Assembly: GCF_003072485.1 (NCBI RefSeq)
Contig: NZ_CP025989.1
Location: 805,349 to 837,348 of the forward strand
DNA from: Candidatus Fokinia solitaria
Lineage (GTDB): Bacteria; Pseudomonadota; Alphaproteobacteria; Rickettsiales; Midichloriaceae
Length of the DNA stretch: 32,000 bases
Direction of reading: 5' to 3'
Shown here: positions 1-9,050 of the stretch, piece after piece
Layout: every line of letters starts with the position of its first letter
How positions within the stretch are numbered: the first letter of the stretch is position 1
Notes under the pieces: generated by a model
What the model saw: the letters and a program-made list of their open reading frames with translations, nothing else
Told to the model about the DNA's origin: nothing
The model's database searches: none
Translations under genes and position numbers: made by a program

Positions 1-537
1 TATTACTCTTCGTTTAAATAAATCACTTGATTTACAGTGCTCTATCTTACTTTTCGAGATATTATTAAACTCCAGTATTGAAATCATTTTCTTTTTATAG
101 TCTCCAAAAAGCCAGGAAAGTTGATTCTTGTATAATACATCTATCACTCTGAAATAGAGATCATAATCATCATGACCAATACATAATGAAAGTGCTGCAG
201 CATCAAGAGACTGCGCATCAAGCGGAAACGGACGATATATGTACAGCATCTTACCAGTTTTGACGTACTTCTCTAATATCTGAGTAAATAAAGAAGCATG
301 GTAGTGCGCACAATGAGGACAAGTAAGTGAAGAATATTCTATCATCACATTCTTCGCTTTCAGATTTCCGATGTAATAGTCATCATGCATTTTACTCAGC
401 AACGGAGAATCAGTCACTATAGCATTGTCTTTTACTGGCGCATTTACAACAGAGTAAGTATTACTATATGGAAAAAGAAGACATATAAGACAGAATATGA
501 ACGTCAAAAAGCAATGTAAATCCCTTGAAAAAAGCAT
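1..537 (-). CDS. DsbA-family thiol:disulfide oxidoreductase / thioredoxin-like periplasmic protein, C-terminus off the left edge
   Basis: Manual minus-strand translation from ATG at 535-537: MLFSRDLHCFLTFIFCLICLLFPYSNTYS...KMHDDYYIGNLKAKNVMIEYSSLTCPHCAHYHASLF...; hydrophobic N-terminal signal, CPHC active site, open to the window edge. Absent from the ORF track because it is not terminated in the window. Confidence 0.88.
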   Translation of the reverse strand, partial: MLFSRDLHCFLTFIFCLICLLFPYSNTYSVVNAPVKDNAIVTDSPLLSKMHDDYYIGNLKAKNVMIEYSSLTCPHCAHYHASLFTQILEKYVKTGKMLYIYRPFPLDAQSLDAAALSLCIGHDDYDLYFRVIDVLYKNQLSWLFGDYKKKMISILEFNNISKSKIEHCKSSDLFKRRVI

Positions 538-625
538 ACTTCGAGATAAAGCGCCATTAATACTAAGTAACAGTATCTAAACTCTAAACAGGAAATTCAA
601 TAGAAATTTCTCATTTATAACTTTA

Positions 626-1969
626 CTAATCTTGAAATTTTATGCGCGCTCTCAAACGCAGAATGGTGATAATATTGACGATCATTATGATTCCTCCTGA
701 AATACTCATGATCAGCATCACGTCTTCTTGTTCCTGAAATGCAAAAATACTAAAGGCAAATATCGCATATATTACGTATATTACCCTGCCATACTTTGCG
801 TGAATATAAGATGCTGCCTTTTGCCCTACTACAAAATATCCTATGATAGTGCTAAAACCGGCAATCACAATCACAAGCGTAATATAACATTCTACGAAAA
901 AAGAAGGTAGAAATTTTTCGAGAGAGAAAGATACATACTGAAAGTGACTCAATCCCTTTTGCTGAAAAGCGCCACCAAGCTTTGCAATCAAGAGACTGAT
1001 CATCGATATAACAGTATCGGTAAATAATGAAAAAAACGTCGTTCTCGCATAAGAAGCAGGAGATGTCATTATCTTCGCTTCACTATGTACAACCGAATCA
1101 TACCCCATTCCTATATCTCCAGAATATATCCCTCTCGCGAAACCATAATGCATTGCTATTATCACACCTACTATATTCCATCTATCATTATGAAAGTCAT
1201 AAAATTTCGTCCCTTGATATAAGATTTCATACAATATCTCCGGAATGGCAGCATAATTTATCGCTATCACATATAATCCAATACCAATATACGATACTAG
1301 TAACACTGGCATTATAACAGCGCATATCTCACTCAGCCTTTTTACTCCTCCAAGTGCACTTGCCATCACACAACATAGCGTAGCTGCTACTATAATTGCT
1401 TTATCCACTCCAAGTAACGTGGAAATACTATCGGTAATAACAAGAAATTGCACAATCTCCACTCCATATATGCATAACAGTACAGATATCAGTAAGGGTA
1501 ATACCGTCTTCAGCACACTACTTTCCTTAAAACTACCAGCGATATAATACATCAATCCGCCATCATATCCATCGCCATTCCTTTTCTTCACTCTATACTG
1601 TATTGCAAGATAAACTTCGCAATATTTCACAATCATACCAATAAAGGAAGCGAGCAGCATCCACAAAATACTCCCCATTCCTCCAAGCGTCACCGCACCC
1701 ATTATCGTCACTATATTACCTACTCCTACCATGCCACCAATTGAAGAGAAATATAACTTCCATGGAGGTAATCCGTAAGACGAATTTGTTTTATGAGAAG
1801 CTATGCCGAAAATTTCAGATACATTCTTAATAGGATTTTTTAATGTACGTATCTGTAAGAAGTGCGCTTTATACGTGAGATATACGCCTCCGATTAAAAT
1901 GACGAATATTCCAAGGTACTCCCATATAAAACGATCTATCCATGCGAAAAATGAAAAAATATACCCCAT
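626..1969 (-). CDS. Sodium:alanine (AGCS family) amino-acid symporter
   Basis: 447 aa polytopic membrane protein with AGCS-like motifs GGMVGVGNIVTIMGAVTLGGMGSILWMLLASFIGM and DGGLMYYI. Confidence 0.9.
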   Translation of the reverse strand: MGYIFSFFAWIDRFIWEYLGIFVILIGGVYLTYKAHFLQIRTLKNPIKNVSEIFGIASHKTNSSYGLPPWKLYFSSIGGMVGVGNIVTIMGAVTLGGMGSILWMLLASFIGMIVKYCEVYLAIQYRVKKRNGDGYDGGLMYYIAGSFKESSVLKTVLPLLISVLLCIYGVEIVQFLVITDSISTLLGVDKAIIVAATLCCVMASALGGVKRLSEICAVIMPVLLVSYIGIGLYVIAINYAAIPEILYEILYQGTKFYDFHNDRWNIVGVIIAMHYGFARGIYSGDIGMGYDSVVHSEAKIMTSPASYARTTFFSLFTDTVISMISLLIAKLGGAFQQKGLSHFQYVSFSLEKFLPSFFVECYITLVIVIAGFSTIIGYFVVGQKAASYIHAKYGRVIYVIYAIFAFSIFAFQEQEDVMLIMSISGGIIMIVNIITILRLRARIKFQD

Positions 1970-2081
1970 AAATCTACCACGCCAATCTTATTCTTTTTCT
2001 ATCACTTATACCTTCGAATATAGTATATATCAAATGTGCAATGACATATCTCTTAGCACAATAAACGAATATATAAGCATC

Positions 2082-3011
2082 ATGATCAGAATGATAGAAA
2101 AATTCAGAGAGATGCTTCTTAGCGAATTTCAAGCAAGTAATAACACTATTATATCGTATGTTACAGACTTAAAATTCTTTAACTTCTTTCTTCAAGAGAG
2201 AAAAATTGCACCACTATCTGTCACTCATTCTGACATTACGGATTATCTTGTTACCTTAAATAAAGAATCTTCTGCCACCGTAAGACGCAAGATATCAGTT
2301 TTAAAAAGATTTTATAGCTTTCTACTAACTGAGAGAGATATTACAGAAAATCCAACACTTAGCATCAAATATCCGAAACGAGAACATAAATTGCCGAACG
2401 TACCGAGTGAAACGGATATAATAAAGATGTTCACAGGCATTCGTGAACTATATTTGAATGATGAATTTCTATTATTACGAAATAATGCAATATTTGCGGT
2501 ACTATATTCTACAGGACTCAGAGTATCAGAACTGATTACGCTTAAACTTGCTGATGTTATGGAAAACGAATATTTGCGCGATAACTCTGTAAAAAGAATT
2601 ATCAAAGTAATAGGAAAGGGCAATAAAGAACGTAATGTAGTACTGAACGATATCGCGTATGCAACGTTGGCGCAATACGTACATCTCATCATAACTACGA
2701 AAAAGAACTGCAACAATTTTGGATGGCTATTTTCTTCCGAAGATTCTCCAACTACTCATCTTACAAGACAGAGAATCGGACAGATTATCCGTGAAGTAGC
2801 GACGTATATGAACATAGATAAAAAATTGATATCGCCTCATAAAGTAAGGCATGCTTTCGCTACTCATATCTTGAGAAAAGGCGCACAAATTCATGTGTTA
2901 CAGAAAATACTCGGACATTCTTCTATCACTTCAACGCAAATATATACCTCGGTATTGAATGACGATCTGAGAAATATGCTTAATGACAAGCATCCTCTTT
3001 CAAAAAAGTAA
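2082..3011 (+). CDS. xerD: Site-specific tyrosine recombinase, XerD/XerC type
   Basis: Tyrosine recombinase motifs GLRVSELI, GKGNKER, SPHKVRHAFATHIL, LGHSSITSTQIYTSV. The ORF track starts at 1803, but homologous sequence appears to begin at ATG 2082 or 2091 (MIRMIEKFREMLLSEF). XerD versus XerC assignment is tentative. Confidence 0.85.
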   Translation: MIRMIEKFREMLLSEFQASNNTIISYVTDLKFFNFFLQERKIAPLSVTHSDITDYLVTLNKESSATVRRKISVLKRFYSFLLTERDITENPTLSIKYPKREHKLPNVPSETDIIKMFTGIRELYLNDEFLLLRNNAIFAVLYSTGLRVSELITLKLADVMENEYLRDNSVKRIIKVIGKGNKERNVVLNDIAYATLAQYVHLIITTKKNCNNFGWLFSSEDSPTTHLTRQRIGQIIREVATYMNIDKKLISPHKVRHAFATHILRKGAQIHVLQKILGHSSITSTQIYTSVLNDDLRNMLNDKHPLSKK

Positions 3012-3719
3012 CTATTTCTTCTTCAGAACGACAAATATCTCCGCTGAATCCGAATAGCTTGAATGTGGCTTAAAAAACTGGAAATTGTCAAAATGCTCAG
3101 AGTGCTTCTTTATCACAGCGCTTTCCTTACCGCATCTTATAACCTTAGTCACAAAAAAACCACCTTTCTTCAGATACTTTATTGCAAATAACAGACTCTC
3201 ATTTAAAAGCGCAGCAAATCGTAAATGATCTGCAGTTTTATCTCCAGACGCATTAGGTAACATATCACTCACTATCAAAGCGGCGCTAAAATTCTCTAAA
3301 ATATCTGATGACTTCTCTACTTCACGATCTTGTGCTGCTTCACTAGTCTCATCAAACTGAGACAAAATTTCTTGTATTTTCTGCATCAAATCAGATGCTA
3401 AAAAATCATGTTGTATGAAATGCACGCCAGAAACAGGCATCACATGCAATAAGTCAATTCCAATAATCGAAGCGCGCACTGAAGCTTTTTTTAATCTTTC
3501 ACTTATGACTTGAGACCAGCCACCTGGTGCAGCACCTAAGTCAAGTATCACTTCTCCATTCTTTACCGTTTTTATAATGTGAAATTTATCTAAAATTTCT
3601 ATTAACTTAAAAGCAGCTCTCGATCTATAATTCAGCTCCTTTGCCATATGCACGTACTGATCTTTTTTTCTCCTCTTTAGCCACTTTTGAGAAGAGTAAG
3701 AAAACTTTTTTTTCAGCAT
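3012..3719 (-). CDS. rlmE: 23S rRNA (uridine-2'-O-)methyltransferase RlmE (FtsJ/RrmJ)
   Basis: Motifs YRSRAAFKLIEI, VLDLGAAPGGWSQV, GIDLL, VSDMLPNASGDKTADHLR; 235 aa. Confidence 0.92.
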   Translation of the reverse strand: MLKKKFSYSSQKWLKRRKKDQYVHMAKELNYRSRAAFKLIEILDKFHIIKTVKNGEVILDLGAAPGGWSQVISERLKKASVRASIIGIDLLHVMPVSGVHFIQHDFLASDLMQKIQEILSQFDETSEAAQDREVEKSSDILENFSAALIVSDMLPNASGDKTADHLRFAALLNESLLFAIKYLKKGGFFVTKVIRCGKESAVIKKHSEHFDNFQFFKPHSSYSDSAEIFVVLKKK

Positions 3720-3843
3720 CTACTTCAATATAATCCAACACTTCCGTTAGCATAGCATATACCGCTATGAGATATAACACATATGTTGACTATCGTAAGG
3801 TAATCACCTACTCTTATAGAAAATAAATGTAGCTTTAACTAAT

Positions 3844-5175
3844 ATGAAAAGCACTAATTTCGAATTCGAAAAACTCCATTCTAATGGAGTGGAAGTGGAA
3901 TATAAAATCACTGTAACTGACAGTGAAATGAATAAAAATATAGAGAACAAGATACTTGAATTATCGCAAAATTACAAATTACACGGTTTTCGAGAAGGTA
4001 AAGTGCCATTGGCTATGGTGCGAAAAAAAGAAATTGAAGGCGTGACAAGTCAGTATATCAGAGAATTGATAGCAGAGGGTATCAATCAATTGCATGATAA
4101 AGGCGAAATCGATACCTCATCTAGAGATTCTAGAATAGAGTTGGTTGAAATGAAGCAAGATGGAGTAACTGTAAAGGTAACAGGTACCGTACCGATAAAA
4201 GTGGATGTAAAGAAAATGCTGCATGATAAAAAAATAGAATTTTTATCCCTAGATAAAAGCGAAGCAATCGATACAAGCGAAGCTGAGCAAACGATCGTAC
4301 GACAACTCGCAAAAGAAGTGCCACAAGACAAAGATTATAAAGCTAAGAAAGGTGATACAGTAGTCCTCGATTTGACTGGTAAGTTGATGAGAGATAAAGA
4401 AGAAATAGATTTCGATGGCCTATCAGGTACAGGAGTAAGCTTGAAAATAGGCGATAATTATTTCGTCGTCCCGGGCTTTGAAGATAGTTTAATCGGATTA
4501 AGAACAGGAGATGTACACTTATTTGAAGGCACATTTCCTATGGACTATCACGATCCGCAAATTAAAGGGAAAAAAGTACGATACCACATTACCGTCACTT
4601 CAGTACTATCAGTACAGGAAGAATCGCATTTAGATGATGCATTTGCAACGCAGATGGGCTTCTCTAATGTACAGGAGTTTAGAGCGATGCTACAAACTGA
4701 TATCATGAGAAGATACGATAACATCATCTCTCTCATCAATAAGAAAAGACTCCTTGATTTCTGCGCTGATTCATTGGATTTTAAACCTTCCGCAGAAATG
4801 ATAGCAAAGGAAAAGGATAATATAGTAAGTGAATATAAAGAAGCAATTCTCGCTAAAGATGGAGAAGAAGGATTGGATAAAGCAGTAAAAAACATGCTAA
4901 AAGTTAGCATCATTATCGGCGCTGTCGTTAGAGAAAAACATTTAGCAGTAAGCGAAGAAGAAATGAAGGAAAAAATGGAACAAGTGTTGAAAGATTATCC
5001 TCAGTCTGCACAAAAATTTAAGGAAATGGAAACAGATCCTACGTATAGAACGAGAATAAAAGCATCGATCCTTGAACAAAAAGTCGTAGATTTTATGATG
5101 ACACTTACGAACGCTGCTTCTTATAAGCAGATATCGTTTAAGGAGATCAAAAATTACGAAAATGAGATGATATAA
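3844..5175 (+). CDS. tig: Trigger factor (ribosome-associated chaperone)
   Basis: 443 aa; N-terminal ribosome-binding signature region YKLHGFREGKVPLAMVRK, FKBP-like domain GDTVVLDLTGKL...FVVPGFEDSLIGLRTGD, helical C-terminal domain. Confidence 0.93.
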   Translation: MKSTNFEFEKLHSNGVEVEYKITVTDSEMNKNIENKILELSQNYKLHGFREGKVPLAMVRKKEIEGVTSQYIRELIAEGINQLHDKGEIDTSSRDSRIELVEMKQDGVTVKVTGTVPIKVDVKKMLHDKKIEFLSLDKSEAIDTSEAEQTIVRQLAKEVPQDKDYKAKKGDTVVLDLTGKLMRDKEEIDFDGLSGTGVSLKIGDNYFVVPGFEDSLIGLRTGDVHLFEGTFPMDYHDPQIKGKKVRYHITVTSVLSVQEESHLDDAFATQMGFSNVQEFRAMLQTDIMRRYDNIISLINKKRLLDFCADSLDFKPSAEMIAKEKDNIVSEYKEAILAKDGEEGLDKAVKNMLKVSIIIGAVVREKHLAVSEEEMKEKMEQVLKDYPQSAQKFKEMETDPTYRTRIKASILEQKVVDFMMTLTNAASYKQISFKEIKNYENEMI

Positions 5176-5420
5176 TATACGCTGTTTTCACATATATTGA
5201 TTAGATAGAGTAATGTATTATCGGCAGTAGGTCGTACTGCCTTATATTGCTGAAGCTTGCTTTTTTCCTTCTCAGTTTCTGCAGTAAGTGCATGGCGGAT
5301 GAAAGTATGTATGCTTTTTGAGGTGTGTTTATAGCGCTTGTCGGAAATGAGGTTTTTCCTACAATTTCCGCATTCTTCTTGCTTTCTGCAAATCGCAAAA
5401 AGTGGAGTATTTGTTATAGG

Positions 5421-6072
5421 TCGAAAATGCTGTTGATGTTTCATACAAACATGGGATGCGAATACACAAGCGTAAGAATCGAACTTCTCACATATAGTAC
5501 ATCGCACCACAACAGTAACAGCGCTATGGAGAATAATACTTCTCTATTTCGAAATACTGCTTAGATGTTCTATGCAAACATGGGATGCGAATACACAAGC
5601 GTAAGAATCGAACTTCTCACATACAGTACATCGCACCACAACAGTAACAGCGCTATGGAGAATAACGCTTCTCTATTTCGAAATGCTGCTTAGATGTTCT
5701 ATACAAACATGGGATGCGAATACACAAACGTATGGATCTAACTTCTCACATATACGGCACACTACAACAGTAGCAGCGCTATGGAGAATAATACTTCTCT
5801 ATTTCGAAATACTGCTTAGATGTTCTATACAAACATGGGATGCGAATACACAAGCGTAAGGATCGAACTTCTCACATACAGTACATCACAGCACACCACA
5901 GCAGTAACAGCACTATGGAGAATAATACTTCTCTATTTCGAAATACTACTTAGATGTTCTATGCAAACATGGGATGCGAATACACAAGCGTAAGGATCGA
6001 ACTTCTCACATACAGTACATCACAGCACACCACAGCAGTAGCAGCACTATGGAGAATAATACTTCTCTATAA
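5421..6072. repeat. Imperfect tandem repeat array, about 5 units of ~129 bp
   Basis: Anchor atgggatgcgaatacacaa occurs at 5451, 5580, 5709, 5835 and 5969 (spacings 129, 129, 126, 134). Units share ...GTAAGRATCGAACTTCTCACATA...ATGGAGAATAATACTTCTCTATTTCGAAATACTGCTTAGATGTTCTATRCAAAC. The last unit is truncated at ...CTTCTCTATAAATAGG. Confidence 0.95.
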
Positions 6073-6146
6073 ATAGGAGTTTGAACTTCCTCGATTTCAG
6101 ATATTTTCTCAGTACACATCACAAACGTGATACAGCATTACATTGC

Positions 6147-7694
6147 TTATTTTCTGATACACGATTCTCTCATCCTTAATTCACTTGGTAAATGCAGCAA
6201 CTCTAATACAGTATTTGCTATATTTGCCAATCCTAGCTCTTGTTTTTTAAAAGTAATCGCTCTATTACCGACATAGCAAAGCGGCACAACATTGGTGGTA
6301 TGTTGAGTATTAATCTCTTCATTACTAAAAAGCATTTCCTCGATATTGCCGTGATCCGAACACACAAGCATCTCATACTCATTTCTCGTACATACATCAA
6401 CTAGCTCTCGCAAGCAATGATCTATCACTTCGCACGCTCTCACTGCTGCTTGAAAATTACCTGTATGTCCAACCATATCTAAATTTGGATAGTTTACGCA
6501 TACGAATCCATATTCACCTCTCATCAATGAATCACTTAATACGCGCGTCACTTCATATGCGGACATTTCCGGCTTTAAATCATATGTAGGCACTTTAGGC
6601 GATGGTATAAGTATCCTCTCTTCCAGCGCATAAGGTGTCTCTCTTCCACAATTGAGAAAATATGTAACATGTGCATACTTTTCAGTTTCCGAAATTCTAA
6701 GCTGTGGTATTTTATGCTCTTGCATTATATGCCCTATAGTATTAGTGACAGATTCTCTATTTATTGGCGTAATAAAGTCGAAATTCTTACCGTCGGCACT
6801 GAGTGGTGCAAAACATATCTTCATATTGATATCTATGTTTTCAGCGATATGCCGCTCTGATATAAGCTGCATTAACTGTCGAATTCTATCAATTCTATAA
6901 TTCGTAATAATTATAGAATCTCCATTCTTGACACCATTATAATTCACATTAGCGCATGGCACTACAAATTCATCCGTAATGCCTACTTCATATGATTCTT
7001 CTAATTTCCTCATTGCAGAATCAAAACTCTCACACTGTTTTCCATAAAGCAAAGCTTTGCAGTACTGTTCCGTTCTATTCCATCTATTATCTCTATCCAT
7101 AGCGTAGTACCGTCCCGCTAAAGTGCCTATTCTAATATTATTAAACTTACTACATAGAATGTAGACGAATTTTATCATTTTTAATCCTTCATCTCTCTTC
7201 GAATCTCTACCATCCGTCACAAGATGCAACACCACATTACACTGATTCTTTGCGAGATACTCTGCTATTGCTAATGTATGATAGATACTACCATGCACTT
7301 TCGCATCTGAAAGTATACCAATTACGTGGCAATCGGTAATAGAATTATGCATATGCTTCGCTTTAAGCTGAGTAAATATCGCAGACGAATTCATACCATC
7401 TTGCGAGATAAACTCCTCTACTCTCACACCTACTTGCTTTACCACATTTCCCGCGCCAATGGTGGTATGTCCTACTTCAGAATTGCCCATCACTCCTTGC
7501 TGTACTCCAACATGCTCTCCACTTGCATGCAGAAGAGTGTATTCTCTAGTACTAAACAGATGATTCAAGTACGGCACTTTAGCAATACTCAGCGGATTGC
7601 ATTTCTCTTGTATAGGAAATAAGGGCAAAGAAAGACGATGCTTATGAGAGATTCCAAAACCATCTAGTATACATAATACAACGCCTTTACTCAT
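6147..7694 (-). CDS. gpmI: 2,3-bisphosphoglycerate-independent phosphoglycerate mutase
   Basis: 515 aa; VLCILDGFG, GVMGNSEVGHTTIGAG, DGRDSKRDEG, GRYYAMDRDNRWNR, NYPNLDMVGHTG, CSDHGNIEEM. Confidence 0.95.
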   Translation of the reverse strand: MSKGVVLCILDGFGISHKHRLSLPLFPIQEKCNPLSIAKVPYLNHLFSTREYTLLHASGEHVGVQQGVMGNSEVGHTTIGAGNVVKQVGVRVEEFISQDGMNSSAIFTQLKAKHMHNSITDCHVIGILSDAKVHGSIYHTLAIAEYLAKNQCNVVLHLVTDGRDSKRDEGLKMIKFVYILCSKFNNIRIGTLAGRYYAMDRDNRWNRTEQYCKALLYGKQCESFDSAMRKLEESYEVGITDEFVVPCANVNYNGVKNGDSIIITNYRIDRIRQLMQLISERHIAENIDINMKICFAPLSADGKNFDFITPINRESVTNTIGHIMQEHKIPQLRISETEKYAHVTYFLNCGRETPYALEERILIPSPKVPTYDLKPEMSAYEVTRVLSDSLMRGEYGFVCVNYPNLDMVGHTGNFQAAVRACEVIDHCLRELVDVCTRNEYEMLVCSDHGNIEEMLFSNEEINTQHTTNVVPLCYVGNRAITFKKQELGLANIANTVLELLHLPSELRMRESCIRK

Positions 7695-7712
7695 CCTCGC
7701 ATATAAAATTTC

Positions 7713-8993
7713 TTATTCGCCATCATTGAACTTCCTCTTCAGCATATCTCTGAGTTCATTCAAGCGTTGGTTATAAGTACTTAAATCAAAATCCGCTATC
7801 TTAGCAACTCCATCAGAAATAGCAGCACTTGCTACAGCATACGATACCGCTCTTAGCATCTCTTCGTTGAATGGTGATGGTACTATGTGATTTTTTCCAT
7901 ATTCAGGACTCTGAGTAGCCACCATTGCTATCGCGTGCGCAGCATTTAATTTCATGCGAGTTGTAATCTTTGTAGCTCTTACATCTAAAGCGCCTCTAAA
8001 AATGTATGGAAATCCTAAAACATTATTAATCTGATTCGTGTAATCACTACGCCCTGTTCCTATGATAACATCATTTCTCACCGCTTGCGCGTCTTCCGGT
8101 CTTATTTCTGGCTCGGGATTTGCTAAAGCGAATACTATTGGATCGGGCGCCATGTTCTTGATCATAGCACTGGAAAATGCTCCAGCTACAGAACAGCCTA
8201 TTAACACATCTGCACCTATTGCAGCATCTGTTAAAGTACGTACTGTTATGCTTACAGGTAATGCAAAATGCTTTTTCCATTCATTTAAATCATCACGTCC
8301 TCTATGTATTACTCCTTTGCTATCACACATAACGATCTTTTCCCTGCTAAAGCCAAAACTCTCGAGTAAATATGCAGACGCAATCGCTGCACTACCTGCG
8401 CCATTTATCACGATTTTCACATCTTCTTTTCGCTTTCTCACAAGAGATAAAGCATTAATCAGCCCTGCCAATATCACTACGGCGGTACCATGTTGATCGT
8501 CATGAAATACTGGAATATCAAGTAAATTCGATAACATTTCCTCTATTACGAAGCACTCAGGCGCTTTTATATCCTCGAGATTGATGCCTCCCCAGGTATT
8601 TCCTATCGCTCTTACAATGCTTACAAAACCTTCTATACTATTTTCATCTACCTCGATGTCTACTCCGTCAATATTGCTAAATCTCTTCAGCAAACATGCC
8701 TTCCCTTCCATCACCGGTTTCGAAGCTAGTGCACCTATATTACCTAATCCAAGCACAGCGGTACCATTACTAATTACCGCTACACTATTACCCTTTGCAG
8801 TATACTTATAAGCAGCTTCAGGATTATTTTGTATTTCTGTACATGGCGCAGCTACTCCTGGAGAATAAGCAAGAGATAAGTCAGCTTTTGTAACCATTCG
8901 CTTCGTTAACTCTAGTCCTGTCTTACCAGGTCTTGGTATCTTATGAAACTCTAAAGCAGCTTCATAAAGCGTGGAATTCGTAGTTTTTTGCAT
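7713..8993 (-). CDS. maeB: NAD(P)-dependent malic enzyme, short form without a phosphotransacetylase-like C-terminal domain
   Basis: 426 aa; LSLAYSPGVAAPC, GNSVAVISNGTAVLGLGNIG, DIEAPECFVIEE, FHDDQHGTAVV, VINGAGSAAIA, PEIRPEDA; ends after the malic enzyme domain. Confidence 0.92.
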   Translation of the reverse strand: MQKTTNSTLYEAALEFHKIPRPGKTGLELTKRMVTKADLSLAYSPGVAAPCTEIQNNPEAAYKYTAKGNSVAVISNGTAVLGLGNIGALASKPVMEGKACLLKRFSNIDGVDIEVDENSIEGFVSIVRAIGNTWGGINLEDIKAPECFVIEEMLSNLLDIPVFHDDQHGTAVVILAGLINALSLVRKRKEDVKIVINGAGSAAIASAYLLESFGFSREKIVMCDSKGVIHRGRDDLNEWKKHFALPVSITVRTLTDAAIGADVLIGCSVAGAFSSAMIKNMAPDPIVFALANPEPEIRPEDAQAVRNDVIIGTGRSDYTNQINNVLGFPYIFRGALDVRATKITTRMKLNAAHAIAMVATQSPEYGKNHIVPSPFNEEMLRAVSYAVASAAISDGVAKIADFDLSTYNQRLNELRDMLKRKFNDGE

Positions 8994-9050
8994 TTTTCAG
9001 CAAAGTCTTATATCATCAATTCTGTGCCAACGCTTTACAATAAAAAATTC

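Noticed and set aside
2312-2716. Minus-strand ORF of 134 aa
   Set aside because: Fully antisense to the well-supported Xer recombinase; no recognisable motifs.
1803-3011. Xer recombinase as evidence of an integrated mobile element
   Set aside because: It resembles the housekeeping XerC/D type, with no attachment-site repeats, transposase or phage genes nearby.
4086-4913. Several minus-strand ORFs (4086-4331, 4130-4324, 4343-4534, 4548-4913)
   Set aside because: Antisense shadows of the trigger factor coding sequence.
5421-6072. Array considered as a CRISPR
   Set aside because: Units are ~129 bp and homologous along their whole length; there are no short identical repeats separated by unique spacers and no cas genes in the window.
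5421-6072. Minus-strand GAGAAGTTCGATTCTTACG in the repeat units resembles a tRNA T-loop (GTTCGATTC)
   Set aside because: No acceptor, D-arm or anticodon arm could be found around it in any unit; the T-stem pairing is only partial.
8062-8811. Plus-strand ORFs (8062-8496, 8581-8811) inside the malic enzyme
   Set aside because: Antisense to a clear malic enzyme, low-complexity Ser/Ala/Thr composition typical of shadow ORFs.
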